A stretch of DNA of 64,000 nt, taken from the IMG/VR virus record IMGVR_UViG_3300036770_001537; one strand, given 5' to 3'. The position numbers were made by a program, and so were the translations under genes. This stretch comes from a virus. The notes under the pieces were generated by a model. That model worked only from the letters and a program-made list of their open reading frames with translations, ran no database searches and had not been told where the DNA came from. Positions 1-10,700 of the stretch are shown piece by piece; position 1 is the stretch's first letter, and each line of letters begins with the position of its first letter.

Positions 1-646
1 TGTGTTTTAACCAAGGGTCTTTACCGCCTACAATGTGACATCCCATGATATATACTGAATTTGTTCGCACAATATCAAATATTGGCCGTCCAAAATCCAT
101 AGGCCGTTTAATAAAATAGTGCATTTTATCTGAATCGAAATCATATTCCCATAAAAGAGTATCGGGTAACATTTCAGGATTTCTGACATATCCAAAGTCT
201 AACCAAGCAGCCAAATTTGTCTTGATAATCGCATTATCATATGCATGATTAACGAAATCTGTTTTCATATAATTTACCAAAACATAATCAGCATTCCAAT
301 ACTCCGGCATACGTGGGTCGTCAACAAATTTATAATACTCTGGTTGCCTTTGAATTTTTTCTATAGTAGGCTTCATATTCTTTACTGTTTCTTGAAAATT
401 TGTAGAAATCACCGTAGTATTTGATTCGGGTGCATTATTTTTTCTGATATTTTCAATACGATTGACATTTTGTTCATCGCAAAATATGATCATATCATTT
501 TTCATTTTAGATAAATTTTCAAAATAACTAAAATATAATTCTGTTGACCTTGGAATGTAATGTGGAGTTTCGACATTGTGTATAGTTTTATTCCAATTAG
601 ACCTTCCTATATCAAAGAAGGCCGTTACAATTGTTATATCACTCAT
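1..646 (-). CDS. WlaTC/HtrL (YibB)-family glycosyltransferase-like protein, runs off the window edge
   Basis: Not in the ORF track. My translation from ATG at 646 reads MSDITIVTAFFDIGRSNW..., later PEYWNADYVLVNYMK and AAWLDFGY, typical of the HtrL/YibB family. Confidence 0.75.
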   Translation of the reverse strand, partial: MSDITIVTAFFDIGRSNWNKTIHNVETPHYIPRSTELYFSYFENLSKMKNDMIIFCDEQNVNRIENIRKNNAPESNTTVISTNFQETVKNMKPTIEKIQRQPEYYKFVDDPRMPEYWNADYVLVNYMKTDFVNHAYDNAIIKTNLAAWLDFGYVRNPEMLPDTLLWEYDFDSDKMHYFIKRPMDFGRPIFDIVRTNSVYIMGCHIVGGKDPWLKH

Positions 647-670
647 GATATTACATCCTTTTTAAGAAAA

Positions 671-1525
671 TTATAGAAAGCGAATCCTCGACATTATGCT
701 ATTATCCCACCAATCTAAGAAGATATTCATATCCATATATTTGTTGGGCCTGTTATTCCTGAACATAGGCTGACTTAACATATTATAGTACAACTCATCA
801 TTGTTGTCAACTTCAATTATTCTTTCTAAAAATTTAGTATCATCACGATAATCATGCCAGTTAATCATAGCATCTGGATTAAAATCTAAATCTATTGTTG
901 GGCTTCCCCAATACACAGGAATTGTTCTAGCATAAAAAGAATGTAATATTTTTTCTGTAGCATATCCAGCATAACTACTATTCTCAAACGCCAAATTGAA
1001 TTTTCTAGTTTCAAGAAATTCTATCTTATCTCTGGTCAATCTTGATAATTTATAGCCTATATTATTGAAAAGTGGACCTCCGCTATCAACCTTTTTATAT
1101 TCATTGATGAGACCAAATAATTGATTGCGTTTTTCAGAGTATGGATTACTGACTACAAAAGTTGCAAATCCGGTTTTATCTTTTGGAGGAGGGAAATTAT
1201 CAATATCATAAAATCCTTGTTCTTTGGTTAGAGAGTATATTTCATGTATATATAGAGGCATTCTGAAATGACGACTGTCATCAATATGATCAAAAGTTAT
1301 ACCAGCATGACACTTATAATTCCAAAATCTCCTATTTTCTCCTGTAACAAAAACTTTAAATACTTTTTGGGGATCATATTGTTCATTCTTATTACCGAAA
1401 TTCTCATCACCAAATATCAATATATGTGGATTGTCGTCATCTCTAACAACATCATATTTTTGTTTTAATATACCCATAAACCAATCTGGCGTCATTCCAA
1501 AATCTGCAAATCCTATCTTTATCAT
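671..1525 (-). CDS. GT10 alpha-1,3/4-fucosyltransferase-like
   Basis: TGEN, VVSNP, KKVDSGG and FNLAFENSSYAGYATEKI...TIPVYWG motifs as in FutA-type GT10 enzymes. Confidence 0.85.
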   Translation of the reverse strand: MIKIGFADFGMTPDWFMGILKQKYDVVRDDDNPHILIFGDENFGNKNEQYDPQKVFKVFVTGENRRFWNYKCHAGITFDHIDDSRHFRMPLYIHEIYSLTKEQGFYDIDNFPPPKDKTGFATFVVSNPYSEKRNQLFGLINEYKKVDSGGPLFNNIGYKLSRLTRDKIEFLETRKFNLAFENSSYAGYATEKILHSFYARTIPVYWGSPTIDLDFNPDAMINWHDYRDDTKFLERIIEVDNNDELYYNMLSQPMFRNNRPNKYMDMNIFLDWWDNSIMSRIRFL

Positions 1526-1540
1526 GCGTATCACCTATAA

Positions 1541-2101
1541 TTATTTGTACCAATACCAAACGTCGTGCTCTGTTGTTAGAATTTCTTTTCCTTTTGTTTT
1601 TGCAAAGTCTTTAACTGCTCGATTAATACAATCTATCAAACTGAAGTCGTGGCCTGAAAAAATTCCACCAGATTTCACCTTATCATAATAATTTTGCATG
1701 TCTTTGGTGACTTGTTCATATGTATGTAGGCCGTCAATGAAAATAAAGTCTAAAGAATTGTCGGGAACATCATTAACTGCATCATCTGAATATTTTTTAA
1801 TAATGTTAACCCTATCACTAAATGGAGACATCCTCTGTAGGAACTCTTTGTATACCATATCTCTCTCATTCTTATTTTCACCGTTCCAGTCAATATAATT
1901 TGCAAAAGGGTCGATACAGTAAATTTTTGTTGTTTTATTGACTCTCAAAAAATATTCTGTCGTATATCCTCTTTCAACTCCAATTTCACATCCAACTGGA
2001 TCGGTCATATTTTTAATCAAATTTCCTATGCCATATCCAGAGATTCCGTGCCCATTAGGTAGTCTACCGCTTGAACTGTATATAAAAACATCGTCGTTCA
2101 T
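1541..2101 (-). CDS. Class I SAM-dependent methyltransferase (Methyltransf_24-like)
   Basis: GCEIGVERG, IDPF, LDFIFIDGLHTYE and GGIFSGHDF motifs. Confidence 0.85.
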   Translation of the reverse strand: MNDDVFIYSSSGRLPNGHGISGYGIGNLIKNMTDPVGCEIGVERGYTTEYFLRVNKTTKIYCIDPFANYIDWNGENKNERDMVYKEFLQRMSPFSDRVNIIKKYSDDAVNDVPDNSLDFIFIDGLHTYEQVTKDMQNYYDKVKSGGIFSGHDFSLIDCINRAVKDFAKTKGKEILTTEHDVWYWYK

Positions 2102-2138
2102 AATATTTTCCTTTGTTTAATAATTAATATCAAAAAGA

Positions 2139-3218
2139 TCAGCATACCCAAAAATGTTGACGTGCCTTAGTCTTAGCATTGGCTTCATTATCAATCTGAC
2201 TTTTTATCCAATTATATGTGTTCTCAATGCCATCTTTGAGAGAATACTTAGGTTCCCAACCAAGCTCTTTTTTGATAAGTTCATTATGGGAATTTCTTCC
2301 ACGAACACCTGTAGGACCATCGACATACTTAATCTCTACATTATTCTTTCTTTCAATAGACTTTGCGATATCAACAAGTTGATTGATCGTAACCATTTCT
2401 TCTGACCCAATATTTACAGGGCCGCTGAAATCAGACTCCATATGAAGACGTACAGCATCAATACAATCATCAATATACAAAAACGACCTTGTTTGCTCAC
2501 CATCTCCCCAAACCTCAATTGTGCCATCTGATTGAATTACCTTACGGCAAATTGCAGCAGGTGCTTTTTCTCTGCCTCCTTGCCATGTTCCCATTGGACC
2601 ATAGATATTGTGGAAACGTGCAACACGAACTGGAATGTTATAGTTTCTGCTATATGCGAAATATAGGCGTTCTGAAAATAGCTTTTCCCAACCATATTCA
2701 GAATCTGGATTGGCTGGATATGCAGTATCTTCACGACAATCTGGTGCATTTGGGTCCATTTGATTATGTTCTGGATACATACAAGCTGACGAAGAATAGA
2801 AAATCTTGGTTGGTGTTGTTCTAGTAATCTGTCCGAGATGTTGACGTACAACGCCATCCAGAACATTTAGATTGATCATTGCTGAATTGTGCATTACATC
2901 AGCATCATGTTCTCCTGTGAAAATATATCCGGCACCGCCCATATCAGCAGCAAATTGATAGATTTCATCAAAGGGAACATCAAACATAAGATTGAATGTT
3001 TGATAGGGATTTCGTTCGCATCCAGCAAATCGTAGGATTTCATACGCTTCACGAGTATCACGAAGATCACGAATAATAAAATGATCTGCATGAATTTTTC
3101 CAAACTCAGGATATTTGAGGTCTACACCTCTTACCCAATATCCTTCATCTTTCAGTCTTTTTACCATATGTGAGCCGATGAATCCACCGGCTCCTAAAAC
3201 AAGTGCAGTTTTTTTCAT
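2139..3218 (-). CDS. NAD-dependent epimerase, GDP-mannose 3,5-epimerase-like
   Basis: GAGGFIG, FAADMGGAGYI, SSSACMYP, YGWEK and GGREKAPAAICRK motifs. Confidence 0.9.
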   Translation of the reverse strand: MKKTALVLGAGGFIGSHMVKRLKDEGYWVRGVDLKYPEFGKIHADHFIIRDLRDTREAYEILRFAGCERNPYQTFNLMFDVPFDEIYQFAADMGGAGYIFTGEHDADVMHNSAMINLNVLDGVVRQHLGQITRTTPTKIFYSSSACMYPEHNQMDPNAPDCREDTAYPANPDSEYGWEKLFSERLYFAYSRNYNIPVRVARFHNIYGPMGTWQGGREKAPAAICRKVIQSDGTIEVWGDGEQTRSFLYIDDCIDAVRLHMESDFSGPVNIGSEEMVTINQLVDIAKSIERKNNVEIKYVDGPTGVRGRNSHNELIKKELGWEPKYSLKDGIENTYNWIKSQIDNEANAKTKARQHFWVC

Positions 3219-3220
3219 AA

Positions 3221-3751
3221 TTACCTCACGTACCAGAACCAACAACCATTTGACACCATAATAGGTGTTCCAATTTTATTAGATCGTCTAAATTTAGCCA
3301 AAGATTCTTTTACATAGATTTCATCATGGTTGTTACCACAAAAAATACCATTAGACTTGACCATACTATAATACTTTTCCATCTGTTTGTCAAGATTTTT
3401 TAGTGTTGAATTTACACATACAGCATCATATTTGTCTTTAAATTCTAAAGTAGTAAATCTATCAAAGTCTTTTGTATTCTTCTTGAGTATATATTCATGT
3501 TCTGGTGGAGCATCTTCAGATACAACACCATGAATCATGAAAATTTTAGGAACCATTCCAGAATCAGACTCTAACATATATACTGCATTATCACCCTTAT
3601 CTACACCAACATCTAGGATTCTTAGATCACCCCCTCTCATCCTTTTGATATATGGCATGATACCAATTCCGACAACATCCGAAGGGGGCCAAATACCCAT
3701 TTGTTTAGATTGCTCTACTGTAAATAAAGTTGGGTCCATCATCAAATCCAT
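3221..3751 (-). CDS. Divergent methyltransferase-like protein
   Basis: ILDVGVDKG and VKSNGIFCGNNH; ends CWFWYVR like the 1541-2101 product; start chosen after a GGAG SD. Confidence 0.55.
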   Translation of the reverse strand: MDLMMDPTLFTVEQSKQMGIWPPSDVVGIGIMPYIKRMRGGDLRILDVGVDKGDNAVYMLESDSGMVPKIFMIHGVVSEDAPPEHEYILKKNTKDFDRFTTLEFKDKYDAVCVNSTLKNLDKQMEKYYSMVKSNGIFCGNNHDEIYVKESLAKFRRSNKIGTPIMVSNGCWFWYVR

Positions 3752-3752
3752 A

Positions 3753-4652
3753 TTATTCTCCATAAATTCTTTCAATTTCTGCTTTGAGGCTTGGGATTCT
3801 GTCATACTGATGAACAATGGCAAATGGTTTACCATCATAAGTTTTCACCACACCAGAATCAAACTTAGGCTGATTATCTTCATAGTTCATTTGATACATC
3901 ATTTGTTTGGTGGGGTCGGCACCAAAATTCAACCCAATATCACCGCTACCGGCTTTTACTGCTTCAAGAGTTGTTCCAAGTTGAATAGCCCAAGCATCAG
4001 AATTGTTGGTCAAGAATGTTTCAGTTGAAAATGGTGGATTATCAATAATAAAGTTATATACTGCCTGATCTACAATAGGAATTGGTCTATTGATAGACAT
4101 TTGGAAAATATGTAGCATGAGCCCTTTTACTGTAAGAAATTCACCAGCAATGATTCCAACATTATAGATGTGCTTATCCTTCAACAAATTATGAAAGAAT
4201 GGTCCAAATGTTTCCATGAGATTTTGATTACCCCAAGGTTCATTTTTATATCTCATGCCTTCGGATGAAGCAACCAGATTATACATATACAGATTGTCAA
4301 CCAACCAGTCAGTAGGATTTTGTTGAAAAACAACATCTCTTGTGTCTGTTGTGATTACATATCGATACTGTGTTTTTGTTGTGTGTAGTGCATTCCAAAG
4401 ATAGAAAAATCTTTCTACATGAGGTGCATTGTTCGTTGGAGCAACCACATCACCATTATCTTTCTGTGTACCATATAATGATAACTCCACACCCATTTCT
4501 GTGAGTTTATCAATTGTTTCCTTGGTCATGTTTGTTCCTGTAAGAACAACATCACCATCAAATCCAGTCTTCTTGATAGAATTGACCCAATACTTTAAGT
4601 CATTCCAAGTATAGTTTGTTGCATTACCGATAATTAAATCTTTGATAGCCAC
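3753..4652 (-). CDS. Putative GT-A-fold glycosyltransferase
   Basis: TTDTRDVVFQQNP, NVGIIAG, DQAVYN and IVHQYDR motifs; sits in the glycan cluster. Confidence 0.55.
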   Translation of the reverse strand: MAIKDLIIGNATNYTWNDLKYWVNSIKKTGFDGDVVLTGTNMTKETIDKLTEMGVELSLYGTQKDNGDVVAPTNNAPHVERFFYLWNALHTTKTQYRYVITTDTRDVVFQQNPTDWLVDNLYMYNLVASSEGMRYKNEPWGNQNLMETFGPFFHNLLKDKHIYNVGIIAGEFLTVKGLMLHIFQMSINRPIPIVDQAVYNFIIDNPPFSTETFLTNNSDAWAIQLGTTLEAVKAGSGDIGLNFGADPTKQMMYQMNYEDNQPKFDSGVVKTYDGKPFAIVHQYDRIPSLKAEIERIYGE

Positions 4653-5389
4653 GGATATCCTCCACCATATTGCTTAAACATTTCAGCATTACCTTTTTCA
4701 AAAAATGAATAATCGCCACCGTATGCCTTTTCCATATCAGGAAGTCTATAGTTTAGTGTGTGCATACCAGTGGTATCAAACTTAGCCATATTTTTGATAA
4801 GCATAAAAAATCTTCTATCTCCACCCCAACCCCAATGCCAGAGATTACATACCTGAATTAGAAATTCTCTCTTGAAGCAGTATGATGATGTGTCTACTAA
4901 AAACTGCTCGGTCTTATCTTTGGTGAACCAAATCGGCCAACGTCCAATACTCTCACAGTTATCGTATGCAAGAAGTTTCTCTGGATGAATATAGACTTTT
5001 CTTAGTGAATGTGCCCATTCTAGATCATCAGTTTCAATCTTATCAACAAGAGTTGTGACATGATCATGATCCCACCAATTATCTTCATCCAGAAATAGTA
5101 CATAATCTTCATTTACCAGATGTGGATATGCAGCATATACACGATGACCGTAAAACCCATTACCACCAACATTAGTAGGTGTGCAAGTAGTAATAGTATA
5201 TTCAAAGGCTTCTTCATTCTTACTCATTAATTGATTGACCTTATCATAGTATTCCGGTCCATCAACAACAAGAAGATGTTTGATATTCTTATAAGACTGT
5301 GATCTAACAGATTCTACTGCTTTTGTTAGATCAGGGAGTCCAATAGTGGGAGTAATCACAACCACAGATTTTTCAATTTTCAATTTCAT
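4634..5389 (-). CDS. GT2-family glycosyltransferase
   Basis: VVVITPT...SVRSQSY...LLVVDG; YVLFLDEDN (DxD). Confidence 0.85.
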   Translation of the reverse strand: MKLKIEKSVVVITPTIGLPDLTKAVESVRSQSYKNIKHLLVVDGPEYYDKVNQLMSKNEEAFEYTITTCTPTNVGGNGFYGHRVYAAYPHLVNEDYVLFLDEDNWWDHDHVTTLVDKIETDDLEWAHSLRKVYIHPEKLLAYDNCESIGRWPIWFTKDKTEQFLVDTSSYCFKREFLIQVCNLWHWGWGGDRRFFMLIKNMAKFDTTGMHTLNYRLPDMEKAYGGDYSFFEKGNAEMFKQYGGGYPWLSKI

Positions 5390-5404
5390 AATAATCCCTT
5401 CTAA

Positions 5405-5794
5405 TTATAAATGATACTTAGGATTTCTGTTACATCCTATATATTTACCATGTATATATTTTGGATGATTTTTGCCGTATGTGTGTCTCTTTTTAGTTGC
5501 CATATCCTTCATATTATCTCTTTGGTTTCCGATGAATAAATGTTCTGGATTTACACATAACGGATTATCACATTTATGTAAAACATGATGAGATTCTGTA
5601 ATATTATGATCCTTATATATTTTCCAACTAACTCTATGGGCTCTCTGCATTATCATACCACTAGGTCTATGGGTAAAAACCCCATATCCGTTTCTTTTTG
5701 TTAATACATTTCCTAACCAGAGCCAACATCCTGTATTTGGCTCTGGTGAAATTTTACTTTCAAATGATTTTATATAATATCTTTCCCAACTCAT
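5405..5794 (-). mobile_element. Free-standing HNH homing endonuclease
   Basis: GCWLWLG, GYG, AHRVSW and VLHKCDNPLCVNPEHL...N..D motifs. Confidence 0.9.
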
Positions 5795-7098
5795 AGCAAA
5801 GCCGCTTGGTAGTGCATAGCGTCAAAATCTCTCTCTTTACCTAAATTGATAAATCCTTCATCATACCAAAATTGAACGAATGGCTCATATTCTGGTTTAC
5901 TCATTTGGGCCTTTTTCCAAGGGGTTCTTAGAGAATTTCTATCTGGGTCGATATCCACCGCAATTCCCCATGAGTGCATTGACCATGCAGAACCACCACG
6001 CATCTTACGAACATTTAGGCAACCACCAAAGTAGTGTAACCGAAGTTGAACAATCTTGTCATATCCATAATGTTCTAGAGTACGATTCCAGATTCTTTCC
6101 ATAGGCTCTTTTACTAATCTATGGCAAGTATATGAAGTCAGTTTAGATCGGGTATCCCATGCAAGAACCATAGTGAATGGAACATTACACTTAACTTGAT
6201 TTGATCCAGGCTCACCATAGAATCTCATACATTCGCTTTGTCTCGGCCATGCTCTTTTTGGTTGAACATTAACCTTCACAGGCTCATTTACTTTTACAAC
6301 AATTGGTTCAAGATAATCACTTTTACCAATCAATTTTGAATATTTAGTGTGGATTTTCAATAGGGTTTTTGCATAATCTGAAGCAGTTGCATACCCTGTT
6401 GTGCCTTGAATTTTGATTGCTTCTTCTACAGTTTTGGCTTGAAATAGTTTGGAATAACGATCATTGTTAATCAGAAGGTCCAAATAATCACCACAAGATT
6501 CATCAAGATTATTGTATGCCCTAAACTTTTGCTGAACACGAATCATCTTACCATTGACTTCTTCATTAGTCCATGCAATTCTTGAACCTGCTGGCCCTTC
6601 ACCTTTGATACCAAAGGCATTATTACCAACCATAGATTTACCATAACCAGTCTCAAGACAGTTTTGTGCTGCTCCAAGATGTGCGATAATTTCAGGATTT
6701 TCTACATCTTTTAGTTTTGCCATCGTAAACAATGATGTGTAAATTTTGGCATAATATTCTTCAGGCTTTAGTTTGACAGAATGATTTTCTTCTGCTTTGG
6801 CTCTTGATGACAATGTTACTTTGGCTTTGAATAGTTCTCTTGCATGTTCTGTAGAAGGACCAATTAGACCATCGATATTACCAACTTCAATGTCCATTGA
6901 TTTATACAGAAGCTGTTCACCAGCAATAATTAGTCTTGCATTATCCCATGTTTTTGCATCAACATTCTCATCATTCTTCAACACATCACGAATTGCTTGA
7001 TATGTGTCTTCTTTGAATTTTCCGTTGATCTTACCTTTGAAATGATTAGTGGAAGCCAGATACTTTTGTAGTTCCACCTTTGCGTCAATTACAGGCAT
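5791..7098 (-). CDS. Multi-domain endolysin: PG-binding-like + GH73 glucosaminidase + M15 peptidase
   Basis: IDGLIGPST (PG-binding-like); AQNCLETGYG, NNAFGIKG, FRAY, GYATASDY (GH73); SMHSWGIAVDID and DAMHYQ (M15). Confidence 0.85.
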   Translation of the reverse strand: MPVIDAKVELQKYLASTNHFKGKINGKFKEDTYQAIRDVLKNDENVDAKTWDNARLIIAGEQLLYKSMDIEVGNIDGLIGPSTEHARELFKAKVTLSSRAKAEENHSVKLKPEEYYAKIYTSLFTMAKLKDVENPEIIAHLGAAQNCLETGYGKSMVGNNAFGIKGEGPAGSRIAWTNEEVNGKMIRVQQKFRAYNNLDESCGDYLDLLINNDRYSKLFQAKTVEEAIKIQGTTGYATASDYAKTLLKIHTKYSKLIGKSDYLEPIVVKVNEPVKVNVQPKRAWPRQSECMRFYGEPGSNQVKCNVPFTMVLAWDTRSKLTSYTCHRLVKEPMERIWNRTLEHYGYDKIVQLRLHYFGGCLNVRKMRGGSAWSMHSWGIAVDIDPDRNSLRTPWKKAQMSKPEYEPFVQFWYDEGFINLGKERDFDAMHYQAALL

Positions 7099-7114
7099 TT
7101 TGCCCTCCTATAAT

Positions 7115-7143
7115 AAAAAGAGAGGGTGTCACCACCCTCTCCT
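7115..7143 (-). terminator. Intrinsic terminator after hsp20
   Basis: GAGAGGGTG/CACCCTCTC stem followed by a T-run on the minus strand. Confidence 0.75.
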
Positions 7144-7157
7144 ACTTATAAATGATT

Positions 7158-7637
7158 TTATTCGGTCAATAACTTTTTTTCGGCAGAAGACTCCTCCTTA
7201 GAACCAATTTCAATCTTCTTTGGTTTCTTATTTTCTGGAATGAATCGTTCCAACCAGATTTTAAGCATACCGTTGATTAGGTCAGCATTCTTTACTTCTA
7301 CTGTATCAGCAAGAGTAAATTTGCGTGTGAATGCACGATCCGCAATTCCTTTGAATAGGAACTCAGAATCTTCGTCACTATTCACTTGACCTTTGATTGT
7401 CAATGTTCCGTCTTCCATAACAATTTCAATATCCTGTTGTCCAAATCCGGCAACAGCGATTTCAATCACATATGTATTTTCACCAGTCTTACGAATATTG
7501 TAAGGAGGATATGTGGAAATTTTGGGAAGGGTTTCACTAATAGAAGACAGTTTTTTGATCATATCATCAAAACCAACTGTTCCTTTCGATACATTAGTGA
7601 AGCCGAATGGATCATATAGATTTACGCTTGTCATCAT
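7158..7637 (-). CDS. hsp20: Small heat-shock protein, IbpA/Hsp20 family
   Basis: YPPYNI, IEIAVAGF, GIADRAFTRKFTLAD and NGMLKI motifs. Confidence 0.95.
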   Translation of the reverse strand: MMTSVNLYDPFGFTNVSKGTVGFDDMIKKLSSISETLPKISTYPPYNIRKTGENTYVIEIAVAGFGQQDIEIVMEDGTLTIKGQVNSDEDSEFLFKGIADRAFTRKFTLADTVEVKNADLINGMLKIWLERFIPENKKPKKIEIGSKEESSAEKKLLTE

Positions 7638-7641
7638 TTTT

Positions 7642-7725
7642 TAACTCCTATGTTAGCAAGTTATTATATTGTCTCCCTATAAGGCAAGACAGAGTTGAGG
7701 TACGCAATAACCTTATCCCCAACAT
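7642..7725 (-). promoter_or_regulatory. ROSE-like RNA thermometer in the hsp20 leader
   Basis: Final hairpin UAACUUGCU-AACAU-AGGAGUUA pairs UUGCU with the SD, leaving a bulged G; another hairpin (UGUCUUGCCUUAUAGGGAGACA) lies upstream. Confidence 0.7.
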
Positions 7726-7728
7726 CAC

Positions 7729-7759
7729 TATTTATAATACATTTTTATTGAGTTGTCAA
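7729..7759 (-). promoter_or_regulatory. Overlapping sigma70-like and T4 late promoters for hsp20
   Basis: Minus strand reads TTGACA-N17-TATAAATA. Confidence 0.6.
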
Positions 7760-7768
7760 GTATATTTT

Positions 7769-10700
7769 TTATGATGTCACCAAACCGGATGTTGTTGCTG
7801 ATCCAAAGTATGTTCCAGTAGCATTTCCGTTTAACCTAACTCCTATAAGTTGAGACCTTGCCGCACCTGATGATATGTTTATTCCATATCTTTGAGTCTC
7901 TGTGTATGAAAACCAAGGTGCTTTTCCAGCGGAACCACCAATCATCTGAAAACCATTTACTGTCGAAGACAAATATATCCCATCATAACCATTTGGAACG
8001 GCAGTTCCGTTATTATATACATCAATATCGGTCAATCCAATACCAGTTCCATTAAATACCGCTCCAAATGCGGCATGTCCGGCTATTTTACCATTAGACA
8101 GTCTAATTCCAGATGTATTCGTACCAAAATTCATACCAATGTCAGTGACTGCACCATGACAATATAAATTAGTTATGTTTAATCCTTCTAGATGTGAAAT
8201 ATACGCTGCATTATAATAATTAAACTCCAAATCCAAATTTTGCCCTTGAATAAATTGTGGATATGATCCGTATGGTAATCCTGGAGAATTTACACAATAT
8301 ATTCCAGTGTGGCCTCTTAATAACTGAACCTTATCCATATATATGGATGCAATAAACCCATCTATATGCAATAACTTGCAACTATTAGCGTGAGAACTTC
8401 CGGCAGAATTATTTCCAGCTAATATAACCCTTTCTAGATTTAATATATCCGATCTTTCTGTAGTACTATTTCTAGTTGAGCCTGAAGCATATATTTTCAT
8501 ACCATAATTTCCGCGAATATTTTCACAATAGAAATCTTCAAATGTTGTATTATGAACTTGTCTCATATTAACAGGGTTGTAACAATTATCAAGAAATACA
8601 TTATAAAAAGAAATTCCCTGTGTATGATCTAAATTGAAAACTATTCCTGTGTGATTTAGTCCATATATATAAATATTTTCAATATTCATCCAATATACTC
8701 TGGTTGATGTTCCACCAATAGTAAATAATGTAAATGTTCCAACTGGAGTTATTACGGTATTACCTATACCATCACCTACAATTTTTATGCCTCCTTTAGT
8801 TATAGAAGTTAATGCAGAAGTTACTTTATAATTTCCCTTTGGGAAATATAATATTCCTCCGTTAGAATTTATATATGCAATGGCAGAATTTATAGAAGAA
8901 GTATCATCATTAGAACCATTTCCAATTGCACCATAACTTTTAACATTTACCATATTCATGGTAGACCAAAGATTTGTACTATTTAATAATGTCGTGCTTG
9001 CTCCAGCCCCGGCCGTAGATAAATCAAATGTATATCCCCTAAATGTACCACCACTTTCAAAAATTCTTATATTATTTCCATTATTATCCAAAACAATGCT
9101 GCTGCCAGACAAAGTAGAAGTGGGGGCTTTAGTAAATCTAATTTCACCACCCTCAGCACCCGAAACTGATGTTCCACCTACTTCTAATGTTCCATTAATA
9201 ATTCCGCCAGTTTTGGCTAAAAATGTTGCAGTAGAATAAGCATTAGCTCCTATTCCGGTATTATAAGCAAGTAAATTAGCAGAATTGGCTTTATCATATG
9301 CAAGCTGTGTGATTGTTAAAGGAGAATAATATGATCCATGTTCTCCATCAAGTAAATCGGCATCTAGACCTGAACCAGAACCATCATTTCCTGCGTGCCA
9401 AACTTGTGCCTCATTATATTTCAATCCACCGGCACCTGCACTAGTAGCAGTAGTATCTACCTTTAACGTATTTGTCCATGAAGAAATTGTTTGTCCTGCG
9501 ACAGTTATTGGTGCTACAGATACACTAAAAACCCCAGCAGCCGAATCACTAGACATTACTAAAGCCACTGCCCCACCGTCAGATTCGTTGGTTCCCTTTG
9601 CAGCTATTACAGATCCATTGAAATAGTGTCCGGCTCTAATATTAAAGTTTCCGCCACCATCATTCCAAGAAATTCTTTTATGACCTCCATTGTCGAGTAA
9701 AATAGCACCACTGCTACCTGAAAACCATGCAGCACCTGTTGACAGAGATGTTGCAGTTGTACTATTAAAGTTGATCGTTTCGTTAAAAATCCAATCTCCA
9801 CTTATAGTCGCATTTTCTGTTTTTCTAGGAAAATCTGATGCTTGATATGTATCTAATGTGTCAGCATCTAGACCTGAACCAGAACCATCATTTCCTGCGT
9901 GCCAAACTTTATACTTGTTAGCACCCATTGACCAACCTCCAACAGAAAGTTGATTATCATCACCGCTCAATCCAAAATGAAACGCATAGTCACCACCTAC
10001 ATGAAAGGTTATTAATGCATCAGCACCTGCTGTTGGCTGATATACCTGAAGGCCATTTATTTGTCCTGTATTGGTTATATCAATAGCAGAATCATTGTAT
10101 ACTTGTAACACCCCACCACTAAATACATCACTTGCATTACTTCTCAAAAAACTAGTACTATCAAGCCCATCTAATGTTCCCGCATCACCTGTAATAGATA
10201 TTCCCCAAGTTCCAGATGCATCACCACCAGTTCTTGTTGGTACATTTAATGATGCCCTCATACCAGTTGCATCATTTTTTCTTATATACGAATCAGTGGA
10301 TGAGAAAAACACTGTCTCAGAAGATCGTGTGGTAACTGAATGACTCATATTAAAATATGATGCGAAACCATAACGACGATAATCATCGCCACTTGAGTTT
10401 CTTAGAACAATGGTATCTGCTGGTCCAGATGTTGAACCTACGCTTGCTGCATATCCATCTAGCAAATCAGCATCTAGACCTGAACCAACACCATCAACTG
10501 TCAATAGTGCAGATAGGATTTCTGATGCAGTTTGATCGGCAGTTGCACCAGATTCGATTCCATCAAGTTTTGTGCCGTCTGTTGCAATATCACGGCCATC
10601 TACTGTGCCAGTGACTGTAATATTTCCGCCAAAGTGTGAGTTACCATTAGAGAGGAATCTGGCAACAACTGTATCATAAGTTATATCAGTAGAATAATTT

